NCBI GenBank assembly: GCA_016748015.1
Contig: JAAOMT010000710.1
Coordinates: 248,001 to 312,000, forward strand
Direction: 5' to 3'
DNA: 64,000 nucleotides
Source: Geosiphon pyriformis uo1
Taxonomy: Eukaryota; Fungi; Glomeromycota
The position numbers and the translations under genes are program-made. Below the pieces are notes generated by a model, which was given only the letters and a program-made list of their open reading frames with translations, did not search any database and was not told the DNA's origin. Shown here one piece after another: positions 39,145 to 51,551 of this stretch. The stretch's first letter is position 1; every line of letters starts with the position of its first letter.

Positions 39145-41105
39145 TATTATAATATTAAAGATTTTTCTATTTTTTTTGGAATGTTATTAATATTGTTTTA
39201 TTATTATTTTTACTGTTAATAGAAGTTAATAATTTCTAATAAGTTAATTTTTTTTCAAAGTATTTTTTTATACTTTAAACTATGTATGTTGTTGAACTTA
39301 TAATAAAATAACTAATTCTATGCCAATTACTTTGTGTAGTTACTTTTTAGTAAAAATTAATTCTTTTACAAAAAAATCTTATTTATAAGTTTTTCAAATA
39401 ATATGTAATTATTTTGCTGTAAAAGTCAACTCTTCTACAGAAAATTTTGACTATAAGCTATTCAATAGTATAAAAAAAATAATAAAAGAAAAATAACTAA
39501 AAAATAAAAAATAAAAATGTTTTTAAAAGAGTCATTTTAGATTTAAATTTAAAAATTATTAACAATTACTAAAATTAATAGCTAATTAATTTCAAAATAT
39601 TAGTATAAATTAGTTAATTTCGAAATAATAATTTTTAAGAATTTATGTTTTTTAAGATAAGTTTTATTTAAACTGATTTGTAAAAAAGATTATTCTAAGT
39701 AAAAAAGTTAGTTAAAAATAGAATTAATCTTAATTAAGACATATTTTTTTGAAAAAAAAGCTCTTTTTTTATACAACTTGTCATAATACTATTTTATAAT
39801 TTAACACATTTTTTTCTAATATTTTGGCAAATTAAAAATATATTTTGTTAATTTACAAGTTATTTTTATAAACTATAAGTTATCTTGGTAAACTATTAAA
39901 TATTTTGTTAAATTTCTAAATATTTTAGTAAACTTTAAATATTATATAATTTGGTATATTACATAATCTGATTATTACAATTTAGTTATATTTGTGTATT
40001 ATATAAATTGAGTTATTAATTAAATAATAATTTAGTAATTAATAAAATAATAACTAATAAAATAATAATATATACTAATTAATAATAGAAATTGTAAAGA
40101 TAATTTTATGTTAATAATATTTCAAATTTTAGCTAATAATATAATCTTTTTTTTAAGACTGTGTTTTGTTAAAGTCCAAATATTATCTGTTATTTTCAAA
40201 TAATAATTCAAAATTATTGAAAAAATTTGGTTTAAAAATTGTTGTCTTAAATTTATTATAGAGTTGTTTTAAATGGTTTTGAGTATAAGATTTGTTAATT
40301 CAAGCTCTAATCTTTTTTTGTAAAGTGTTTTTTTAATATTAAAATATTTATAAATTGGAAAATATTTGTTGTTTTGTTTATTAAAACATTATTAAAGTTT
40401 TTGTCAAATTGTGGTATTTGGTAAAATATTAATAGGAATAAATATCAAATTTTTTTTTAAATCTTGTTTTAAAAATTCTAATAAGTAAATTCCAGAATAA
40501 TTTTTTGTACTTTTTTTATAAAGATAGTAATTCTATGAATTTTAATTGAAATTGTAATGAATTCTGTTTAAATATAATTAATATGTTTTTTAATAATAAT
40601 TATAAATAATTTAAGTAGTATTTTTAAGATTAACATTAATTTTTGGAATTATTTTAAAAAATAATCATAATAAGTTAACTAAAAATAAAAAATAAAAAAA
40701 TTATTTTTAATATGTAAGTTTTTATATTATTTTTTTTTGTTTTTTTATGTAATTTTTAATTATTTGTAAAATTATTTTTACTAATATAAATATAAGAAAA
40801 ATTAATTTAAATATTAAATATTCAAATTTAAAAGTTGTTTAATAATAATTATTGATTCTAAGTTTTAAGAAATATTTTCAAGATTAACTAAAAAAAATTG
40901 TGTATTAATTTGTAAAATTAGGGATTTAAGATTAATTTAAAATAGTAGTGCTTAAGTCTATTATTATGTATAATTTTTTTTAAAATTTTATTATTAAGTT
41001 TAAATTTATATATTATCTATTTTTTAGAATTTTATTTATATAAAATAGTATGTTTTATTTGTAATTAAATTTTTTATTTTATTGTTTTTTAGTCTTAGTT
41101 TTATG
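39145..41105 (-). mobile_element. 3' end of an old family A Gypsy element (3' LTR ~39145-40141, PPT relic, post-integrase region)
   Basis: LTR aligns with 3100-4081; taatctttttttt at 40142 corresponds to the PPT ttatctcctccttt of family B; 41000-41095 aligns with the integrase C-terminus at 4600-4690. Confidence 0.72.
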
Positions 41106-42173
41106 TAAAAAAAAAACTTTATTTTCAACTTTAAATTTGTTAATGATTAGTAGTAGTTTGTTGTTATGCTATTTTTTTTGTTGAGTTTAAAAATATTCTA
41201 TATAAATAACTGTAATTTATTATTTTTTTTTTAGTTTACTAAGAAGTATATAAGTTTTTTTTGTAATGTTTTTTGAAAATTGTTTTTTGTAATTGGTTAA
41301 ACTAAATAAAGTTTTACTGTAAAATTAATTAATAATATTGTTGTTTTTTTATAATTTAGATCAAATAGTATATGTTTTATTATATCTTGTTTTAATATTT
41401 TATATACTAATAATATTAATAGAATAAAAAAAATTTATTCTTGCTTAAAATTCATTGAGATTTTGGTTAATAATTTATAAAGTGTTTTGTTAAAATGTTT
41501 TATAAGTTTATTTATTTGTAAATAATAAAACAAAAACAAAAATATTTTAATATTAAATTATTTACAAATTTTTTGTATTAAGTTGTTTATAAAATGTGTT
41601 TTTTAATTAGATAAACATATATGATCAACTAATTATTTAAATTTGGCAATAAAGTTTATTGTGCTGTAGTTAGTTTTGATTTAAAAAAAATTTAAATTCA
41701 GTATTTTGCACAGAGCCAATTTTTGGTAATATAAAACTTTTTTGAACTAAATTAAGTTTGGTTCATTGTAAAAAGTATAAACATTTTAAACATTTTGCTT
41801 TAAAGTATAATATACCAAGTGTATTTATCTCTCTGTTTTTGAAAATATATAAGAAGTTTGCTTCAAATATAAATTATTTTTATTTGGCCAAATTGTATAC
41901 AAAAAAAATGTTTTTATTTTATGTTTTACTGTTTTTAGTAACAAGTTATGGGCCTAAATAGTCTTATTAAGTTTTGTTCCTAATAATGTTTACTTTGGTT
42001 TTGGTTTTGAATTTTTTTTTTTTAGTGTTTTATATTTTAATAAAGTTTTTTTTACTCTGCATAATAATTTATCTATTAATGTTGTTATCAAAAGTTTTTG
42101 GTCTTTTTTTCTGAATATTATTGTTGTCACTTTACTGTTAATTTTTAATTATTAAAAGTTTGTAAACATCCAA

Positions 42174-43079
42174 TATTATTAGTAGAAGTTTAACTATTAA
42201 TTAACATAAAATTACTCTTATAATTTATATTATTAATTAACATATATTATTATTATTTCAATTATCACTTATTATTTAATTAAATTATTAAATATTACTA
42301 TCTAATTAATAATTGAATTTGTATAATATACAATTATAATGATTAAATTATGCAATATACTGAATTCTATAATATTTAAAAATTTGCCAAAATTTGTAAA
42401 ATTTTACGAAATAATTTATAGTTTATAAAAACAGTTGTAATTTATTAAAATATATTTTTAATTTATTAAAATAGTAGCAAAAAAAAAAATACAAGTTTAA
42501 AAACTAGTACTATAATAAGTTGTATATAAAAAAAACTTTTTTTTTTGAGAAAATATATATTATCTTACTTAGAATTATTTTATCTTAAAAATACTTTTAT
42601 TTTTTACCAATTAATAAAACAATACTTTAAAAAAACAAATTCATTAATTATTTGTATTTAAGATTTTCCAAAATCCAACTAATATTTTAAAATTGATTGG
42701 CTACTAATTTCAGTAATTTTTTAGTAACTTTAGGCCTAAACAAAAAATAATTCTTTTAATTAAATTTCATTTTTTTTATATTTTTTTTATTATAAACATT
42801 AAAGTAGTTTATAAATAAGATTTTTGTAAAAAAGTTAACTTTTATAGCAAAGTAATTACATATTTTTTAGAAAAAAATTGACTTTTATTGTAAAGTAATT
42901 ATATAAGTAACTAGTATGAAATTGGTTATTCCACTTATAAATTTAATAATTCAAATTATAGGAGATAATTTAAAGATAAATTTAGTTATTAAAGATTTAA
43001 CCACTTCCAATAATCAAAAATTACCAGCAAAGTAATATCAATAATATTTAAAAAAAAAGACCAAAAATTTTTGATAATA
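42174..43079. repeat. Solo LTR, family A, inserted inverted into another family A LTR
   Basis: Reverse-complement match to 3100-4081; TSD ccaa/ctaa, both derivable from CCAG of the young LTR. Confidence 0.85.
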
Positions 43080-43391
43080 CTAATAACTAAATTTATCTTT
43101 AAATTATCTCTTATAATTTGAATTGCTAGATTTATAACTAAAATAGCCAATTTCGTACCAGTTATTTATATAATTACTTTATGATAAAAATTAATTTTTT
43201 TTTTGAAAATACTTATCTAAAAGCTTACTAAAAATGTAAAAAAAAAAAAATAAAACTTCTTTCTCTCCTTCGTCCAAAATTCCCAAAAAAGAGTCAAAAA
43301 GTTTTTTTGAAAGAAGTTTTTTACCATTCAGTACAATAAATCAAAACCGTTCTTCGATTACAAGGCCACTGTTAGCTCTGTTATTGCTGTT

Positions 43392-45185
43392 ATGAAAAAA
43401 ACTGCTAAAGTTTCTGGTTCTGAAAGTGGTTTTAAGACAGTTGTATCAAGGAAAAAGAGGAAGGGAGGTGCGTTGGTAGAGGGTGTTGATAATGGAGGGG
43501 TTGCTGCTGGAGTTCCTGGTGTTTGTTCATGGGGTTCAGAGACTGGGGACATTACTGAGTCTGAAAGTGTTGATATGGAAGAGGAGTGTCTGGTGGAAGA
43601 AACCAGCTTTGATTATGGTGAAGGTGGAGCTCTGGCTGGTGGAGATTATGATCAGATGCCTACAAGTTCGAAAGTTAAAACCAAAAAGACATTGGACAAG
43701 CCATTGGAAAAGATTGACTTTTCAAAAGATGATAGTGATGATGGTGTTCTCTTGGATGCTCCTCTTGAGCTCCCTCCTTCTATGAAAAATTTGGTCAATG
43801 TTCCAGTCAAGAAGTCATTTGCGTTGAATATTGGCTTGGATAAAGTGGCTGGCAAATCTTCTCAGGAAAAGCTTGTGGTGGTGAGGAAATTATTTTCTGG
43901 AATCAATGGTTTTGAGAGAGCATTTACCCCCTCAAAATTCTCAGGGATCATCAAAGCAACATTCACTTCCAAATTGGGTCTAATAAAGGTCACTGAAAAG
44001 GCTACTGGTGCGAATATCATGGTAAACACCGATCTTAAGAGATCATCTGGGCGATCAGATTGGGCTGTGGTCGTAAAAGAAATTTCAATTGGAACATTGG
44101 CTGAGGCTGTGCACGCTGCACTATCCGAGTTTGGAGTTATTAAGGCAATCAAGATGTAGTTAATCGGGCTGTGGCAGAAGGCGATGGTGAAATTTGAACG
44201 ATCAGATCAGGCTGATTTGGTCGCAGCTGAGTGGTTCATCTTAATTGGGAAAGATGCTGTACGTGTGGCTAGGGCTGATTCAGACAAGGAAGCATGGGAT
44301 GTAAGAGACCAACATAGGGCGCTGCTCTACACATTGCTGATGGGGACCACTGCTCATGATATCTGGGACTTTGTTAGATCTGTGGGTGGGAAAACATGCA
44401 TCATTGATCATCATTCTGTTACGTATGCTTGGGCCAGGTGCGCTGTTGTTTGTTTTGACTCTGCTGAATCATTAGATGCTGCTGTGGGAACCACGCCAGT
44501 ACTTAGAAACACCAATCTCCGCCGGTCTCACCTCATTTCTGCTAAATGTGCCAAGTGTGAGAAATTGGGTCACACGTCATTGGGTTGTGCAGTTGGTGGG
44601 AAATTATCTTCTGGTGGTTCGCTGCGTAGGGTTTTCTCGAATACAAATAAAAGCAGGCTAGCAACCATCTATGCCAAACGCTCGGCTCCAGTTGCCTGTC
44701 CAGTCTCTTTTGGTGGTCTCTCTTGGGCAAAGATTGCTCGCGGGTGCTTTTCACCCCCCCTCTTTGGTCAGAACGTTGTGGTGAATAATGGCTCCTCTTC
44801 GAAGATGAAGCTGTCCCAACCGGTTGCAATGGAAGTCAACGATAGGTTTGCCGCTCTTGAGCGCAGTCTCACCAGCCTCGCAGAGCAAGTTGGTAAGCTG
44901 GCTAAGAGGTTGGATGCACTCGGGCCAATGATTCCCCAGCCTAGCCCTGGATGTCAGCCATTGGTGACTCCTTCATCACAGAATCAAGGGGTGGATGTAG
45001 TGATGAGTGAGAGTTCAGGTGTGTTCACTAGTGGTGGAAATGTTGCAGGAGTGGTGTCTTTTGATGTGTCTTCAGTGTCTAAGCTGAAAGACGGCATAAA
45101 GTATCTAATGGAGACAGTTCTGGGCTTTTCAGCCAAAGTAGATAGTATAGGTGCGCTTTCGGTGTCTCTACCCCTCACTCAATGA
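43392..45185 (+). pseudogene. LINE ORF1 (nucleic-acid-binding; CCHC knuckle, coiled coil), one premature stop at 44157
   Basis: 43392..44159 and 44184..45185 are in frame; CAKCEKLGHTSLGC; DRFAALERSLTSLAEQVGKLAKRLD; basic SRKKRK motif. Confidence 0.9.
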
Positions 45186-48100
45186 GCAGTTTAGTCTGGA
45201 AAGTTGCTACGTGCAACATCAGGGGCATGAACAATCCCGCTAAGCAAGAGGACATTATTAGGTGGCATAAAGAAATGAACAATTTGGTCTCTATCGTTAC
45301 TGAAACGAAATTAAAAGGTAAGGTTCATCTGTGGATTGCAGACAAGTTTGATGGTGTCTGAGTGTTCTCTTCTGGTTTGGACTCCGGTCACTTGGGTGCA
45401 GGTGTTGCTGTTATCATGGATGTTTCTTTGGCTCATCATGTGTGCAAGATTTCTGAGGTGCCTGGTCAGCTCCTTTCCATTAAATTACTTTTCAAGAGTA
45501 AACTTTCTGTGTCAATTTTGGGGCTTTATACTGGTGCTTCTTCAGTGGTTCGGTTTTCTCAGGCTGGTAAAATCAATTCTCTTATTGCGAAGACTGTCAA
45601 CAAATCTTCTTTCATCATTCTCGGTGGCGATTTTAATGAAGATGGCTCTCATAAAAGTGCAAGTTTCAAAAGATGCTTTGATTTGGGTCTGGTCAATTCT
45701 TTAGTTGGTAGCCTGGCTGCAAAAATATCCACTTGGAAAAATTCTAGGAGTGTTAAGAAAACAATTAATTACGTGCTTGTTTCCTCGAGTCTTGTCAATG
45801 CAATAGTGCGTCGTGAAGTTTTGAATGTCAGTGAGCATTTTGACACAGACCATCAAGCTGTTTCAGTGAATTTGGGTTTGGGTGGGCTCTTGAATACGCG
45901 TTTGAATTTTCTTTGCAAGCAAGCAAATAAAAACCGTTGGAAGTTTGATGTCAAAAGTGCCAATAAAGCTAAGTGGTTGGAGTTCAGAGATGCCTCAGCT
46001 GCTAATGTCTCTATGTTCTCGGATGCTTTTGGTGTGGCAGTAAGGTTTTTAGATGTGGACGCTATGTGGAACATTGTTTGCAAGATTATGGTTCTTTTAG
46101 CAGGTGGTACATTTAAAAAAAAATGGTTCCAAGGTTTTGATGGCATGTTTATCAAGACTTCTTCTAGGTTTCACAAGCTGGAGCTGCTGGTTTCTAAGTT
46201 GGTCAAGGCTTCGCGTTCGGCTTTTAGTAATGGTTTTGCTTCTTTGTTGGAGATGTGGCACAGACTCGACTCCCCTGGTGCATCAGTGGTTAAGTTTCTA
46301 TTTCTTTCAAGTTCTAATTTTGATCTTATTCGTTCTGCACTGGCCAAAGTGAGAAAATCATACCACTCATTCAAATTAGTGGAATCCAAGCACGCTGAAA
46401 AATCCTCAATCAAGCAGGCTATTGGTAAGAGGATGAAGAGTTTTGAGCTAAACAAGAGTCACACCATTAGGAGTGTTTTGGAGCGTCCTTTTCGCAAGGT
46501 GGTCCTGGATCATTTGGTTGTAGAAGATGAGTTGATTTTAGAGCCTGTTTTGGTTAAGTCTAAGGTAGACAAAATTATGAAGGGATGGACCAGAAAACGT
46601 GAGGTGGTGTCTGACTTGTCTGAGGATTGGGCTTGTCAATATTGGCCTCTGGATTACATGTTCGATAGTGCTTTCTCTAATGTCATGTATTCGATTAGTT
46701 TTGATGAGTTGTCAGCTGTTGTCAAGGATCTTCCTGATGGAAAAACGGCTGGTCTTTCTGGTATCTCCAATGAATTATGGAAACATTGTGACAAATCTGT
46801 TTTGGATATGCTTTTGGTGCTCTTGAATTTCTGTTTGGTTGGCGAGTTGGTCCCTGGGCCTTGGAGAGAAGCTTGGGTTTTGATGATTTCTAAACCATAT
46901 GAATGGGAGGGAGTTCTCACGAACACCTGTCCTATAGCTTTAATTGAAACGGCCCACAAGATTCTCTCCAAGATCCTTTCAGATAGGATTTCTCTGGCTT
47001 GCAGCACTATTGATGTTCTTTGTGGGGACAATTTTTTGGTTTTGAAGAGTACGACGACACAATCTCCCATTTTTGCTATCGGTTCTGTGGTTGAGGATGC
47101 CTTGGAGAAGAACCGTGAACTTTGGCTGGTTTTACAGGATATGTGCAAGGCTTATGACTCGGTTAGTTGGGAACATCTTAGGAGGAGTCTAATTAGGATC
47201 AAAATGTGTAACAGGTTTATTAGATTTTTTGGCAGTATTCACAATGGTCGCATCAACAGAGTAATGACTGACTTTGGCTTGACTGATGGGTATTGTGTCC
47301 ACGATAGGCTGGATCAGAGAGAAGTCTTCTTGCCTCTTCTCTGGCGTATTTTTTATGATTCACTTTTGTGCAAGGTCAAGAGGCAGGATAGTGTGTATGG
47401 CTACAGGTTGAATTCTCATTTCATATCAAGAACTGGCTGGGTGGATCCTCAAGCTGGGCTGTCTTTGTTTCTTGCTGCTGGCGCTTTTGTTGATGATACT
47501 ATTTGGGTTGGTAGCAGCCAAGCTGCTACACAACGCATCCTTGATGTTACTAGTGAGTTTTTTAGGTTTAACAATATTTCTGTAAACAATGACAAAATGG
47601 TGGCCATCCCCATCAATTGCTGGGTGCTGGATCCTCATTTAACTATCAGTGATGCACCTATTTCCATTGCCAAGAGAGAGGAATCTCATCGCTATTTGGG
47701 TATTTTTTTGTCTTCTAAGAGTCTTTCGAAGCCTAGCTTGGCTAAAGCTCAGGCTGATGTACGGTTTTTTGTGAATCTTGTTCTGAAAAAGGCGATTTCG
47801 GACAAACAGTGTGCATATTTGGTGTCTGTAGTTCTTTTCCCTATCATCAGCTACAGAACTCAGTTCAGTTTTATTTCTGTTGGTGTTTGTAGTAAATGGG
47901 ATGCTTTGGTACACAAGGTCTTAAAGTCCAAGTCTGAATTGCCACGTGATTTCTTCAGTGATGCACTTCATCACCCCTCTTTGTACAATTTAAAAACTTT
48001 CGAACAGATCCAGGCTGAGAGTAAATCAGCCTCCGTTGTTGCTTTTGCAAATTCTACTGGTGTCTTGGGTCACTTGTTTTCTCATAGGTCTCATGACCTC

Positions 48101-49869
48101 CAGGTTCTCAGCTGGCATCCTCGTCATCCCTTGCTGTTTCCGGCTCATGTTGGTATCAGTCCCTTAGATAATTTTTTGGCGGGTGTGGTTCGCATTTTTT
48201 CTGGGTGTAATTTGTCTTTGGGTGGCCCTTTAGCTTGTGTCTTTCGTCGTCGGTGCAGTACTCCTATGTCTTTGGTTCTTGGTGAATCCTGTTTTTTCAA
48301 GTGCATCTCTTTGCTCAGGCGTTATGAAATTGCTTTCGTGGAACAGCTTCGTGACCATAATGGTGATGTTTTCAGTTGGGGGATCTTCAAGCATTGGAAG
48401 AGGCTGGACCCTCGTGGCCTAGTCCCTTTCTGGTTTAAACTTTCCGTTCGCTTTCTTGGTAGCGTTGTGCCTCTCTCCTTAAGTTTTTCTTTGGTGGATG
48501 GTCATGCTGTGTCTGATGTTCGTCTTTCTCATGATTTTGGTGTGATTCATGACACTTTGCCGACCATTGATGCTGTCCACCTTTCTGTGTATACGGATGG
48601 ATCTTTTTCTGGTCTGAGCACTGTTGACATGAGAGCAGGTGCTGCCATTTTTTTTGAGGACATTAACTTGGGTTTGGGTGTTGGAGTGTCTGGCTTGGTT
48701 TCTTCTACTCTGACAGAACTGCAAGCCATAGCTTTGGCCCTTGAATGTATTCCTTTTTCTTGTTCGATTGACTTGTTCTCGGATAGCCAAGCTGTTTTGG
48801 ATGCATGTAAGTCGGAGTTTTTGCTGGTTCGTCCGGATTTCAGGAACTGCTGTTAAATTGAGCGTCGTCACATTGCCACCGTCATTCATCAAAAGAATTT
48901 GGATGTGAATTGGGTTAAGGTAAAAGGTCATTCAGGTGTCTCAGGCAACGAGCATGCTAATGTGCTTGCCAAAGGTGCTGCTCTCTCTGCTTGGCGCCTA
49001 CCTCATTTAGTCAGTGAATGTTTCTATGTGCTGGTGGTATGGCAGTTTCTGGTAATTTTCGACACTTTGTTCGTGATGTTTTCCAGTTAGTTCATCGAGC
49101 TCGTTGGGAGATTGGAGTGAGTTCTCATGTTGTGGATGATAGTTTGCATGCTGATATCAATTGGTCTAAGTCTTCTATGGTGTAGCATCCCGATTCTTAC
49201 TTGGCATCTGGTTTTACCAGCATGCGCATGGCAGGCTGTCATACTTACTTTATAAAGGCTCTCCATTATCAGCTTCCTGTTGCTGTGCGCAAGCGTTTAT
49301 ATGATAGGAGATACCCCAGTGTGGTCTGTCTGTTTTGTGGTAACGTTGAAACCTCAGATCATGTCTTTTTGTGTCCTCAGGATGCTGTTGACTGTGCTCG
49401 TTTGTTAGGCACACATGCTTCAGCTTGGGAGGCTCTTTCTGGTCTTTTTCGCTCTTCTTCATGTGTCTTACAGGCCTTGGCTTCTTGTGTTTCTAAAGTT
49501 GGAGTTGGTGTTGCTCTGTGTAAGGGCTTTGTTTTCGATGAATGGTTTCATAAGTCTGTCTCGGTCTTTAAAGATTCTAAGGAGGGTGCTAAGAGGATTG
49601 TGAGCTTTGTGCGTGAGTTTTGTCTAGCATTTCGGGATGATGTTTGGTTGGTCTGGGCCAGACATTAAGCATTTATGGAAAAGCACAGTTTGATTCCATG
49701 TAATGGCTCTGCTCCTGCTTCAGTTTCTGGTTTGCTTATGGTGTTTTCGGCTAGTGTGGTCAGATTGCTGGGGGTGGCTAAGGCTTTTGGAATTGGTTTC
49801 GGGCTTCGTAAGTTTTGTCCATTTTTTTCAGGTATTGGAGATCTAGTTTCTGTGCATATAGGTGTATAG
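45182..49869 (+). pseudogene. LINE ORF2: APE endonuclease, reverse transcriptase, RNase H, C-terminal zinc finger; a few stops and one frameshift near 49025
   Basis: ATCNIRG, TETK, GGDFN, TDH (APE); QDMCKAYDSV, AFVDDT, RYLGI (RT); VYTDGS, ELQAI, FSDSQ, VKGHSGVSGNEHAN (RNase H); CLFCGNVETSDHVFLC. Confidence 0.95.
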
Positions 49870-49991
49870 TGTAGTCCTGACTGGCCCGAGTGACTGGTCA
49901 CGTGTAGAAAGCACATGATTCGCACCTAGTTTAGATCATTTGTATGATGTATAGCACTAGGTCGCATTTGGACTTCATTCGTTAAAAGTAT
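49867..49991 (+). promoter_or_regulatory. Conserved structured LINE 3' UTR (also at 22990-23110, 31114-31238, 34657-34780)
   Basis: Closing stem GTGTAGTCC/GGACTTCAT, hairpin TCACGTG-TAGAAAG-CACATGA, long arm ACCTAGT/ACTAGGT with an inner stem; present in four diverged elements. Confidence 0.75.
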
Positions 49992-50680
49992 AAAAAAAAA
50001 ATGTGTAGTTATTTTGCTGTAAAAATTAACTCTTTTACAAAAATTTTGTTTGTAGACTACTCTAATGTTTGTAATAAAAAAAATAAAAAAAATGTAAAAA
50101 AATAGAAATTTGTTAAAAAAGATATCTTTTGTTCAGACCTAAAATTACTAATAGATTACTAAAATTAATAACTAATCAATTTCAAAATATTAGTTTGAAT
50201 TTTAGAAAATTTTGAATGTAAATAATTTAAGAAGTTTTTGGTTTTCAAAGTATTTAATTTTTGTTATTTTTTTTGTAAAAATATGTAAAAAATAATTGAT
50301 TTTAACTAAAATAATTCTAAGATAAGATATATTTCTTAAAGAAAAAAGCTTTTTTTTTATACAACTTGTTGTAGTACTAGTTTTTGAATTTGCACTTTTT
50401 TTTTTGCTATTATTTCAATAAACTAAAAATTCATTTTGGTAAATTACAAGTTATTTCTATAAACTATGAATTTTTTTAATAAACTATTAAATTATTTTAC
50501 AAAATTTTACAAATTTTGATAAATTTTTGAATATTATAGAGTTTAGTATATTGTATAATTTGATTATTATAATTGTATATCATATAAATTGAGTTATTAA
50601 TTGAATAGTAATATTTGATAATTTGATTAAATAATAAGTAATAATAAAAATTATAAAGATAATTTTATATTAATTAATAG

Positions 50681-51551
50681 TATTACTTATAAAAATTAGG
50701 AATTATAATAATAAATAAAATAGCCAATCAGAAATAGACATAATAAAAGGAAGAATTTCAGGATTTTTTTTAGATAATTGTAGGATTTCAGAATTTTAGG
50801 ATTCTTTTTAAGGAATTACAAGATTTCAGAATTTCAAAATTTCTTTTAAAAAATTACAGAATTCCAAAAAATCTCATATAACACAAATTATATATATATA
50901 GTAAGAGTGGTAAAAGCAAAAAAAATATTTGACTTAAATAGAACAACAGTTAGCAATAACTACTTATTTCTATTTCTTTTTTCAAAAAATAGTTTTCTAT
51001 AACTTGAAATAAAACCTTATTAATATCAATAAAAATATCTAATTATTATTCAATTCATGTTATTATTGCTTAATTAAAAATATTAATCATTTTCTCTACT
51101 ATTAATATTCTATGTTAATAGAATCCAATACTTAGTTATATTAAACCAATAGCTCTTAATTATGGCTATTAATAGAATATTAATTTTTTATTTTCTTTTT
51201 TTATTTTTTTTATTTTTTTTATTTTATTTTTTTGTTGTTTACTAATTAATTAAAAAAATTAAGTGCTAAGTATTTGATGTCAAGAATAGTCTAATAAAAG
51301 ACTCAGAAAAAAGAATAGAAATTTAAGGATAACTTATCAGAAGAGCACAACTGTCAAAATAAACTGGCTACTATGTTAAAAAAAAAATTTCACAAAAAAA
51401 ACCATCAATTAAATTTCTGTTTATTATACAAAAAACTCAACCAAAACCTTCAGACTCCAAAATCTTCAGAAATTACCAATATTATTAGCTATTAAGCATT
51501 AAGTTACAAATTTGTTATTTGTTTTAACACTCCAAATTATTATTTGTAATA
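50681..51551. repeat. Solo LTR, family B-like
   Basis: tattac...tgtaata termini, TSD atag/atgg, matches 9805-10494. Confidence 0.85.

Larger units (their letters stand above)
43238..49996 (+). mobile_element. Young full-length LINE (L1/Tx1-like architecture with RNase H)
   Basis: 5' UTR, ORF1, ORF2, 3' UTR and poly-A; TSD AAAAATGT at 43230-43237 and 49997-50004; much higher GC than flanks. Confidence 0.96.

Noticed and set aside
45853-48931. Several antisense ORFs of 60-164 aa within the young LINE
   Set aside because: Shadow frames of a long coding strand, with no motifs and no conservation in other copies.
49867-49991. Hammerhead/HDV ribozyme or tRNA gene in the LINE 3' UTR
   Set aside because: No CUGANGA core, no HDV nested pseudoknot and no T-loop/B-box (GTTCRA) could be fitted; kept only as an unassigned structure.
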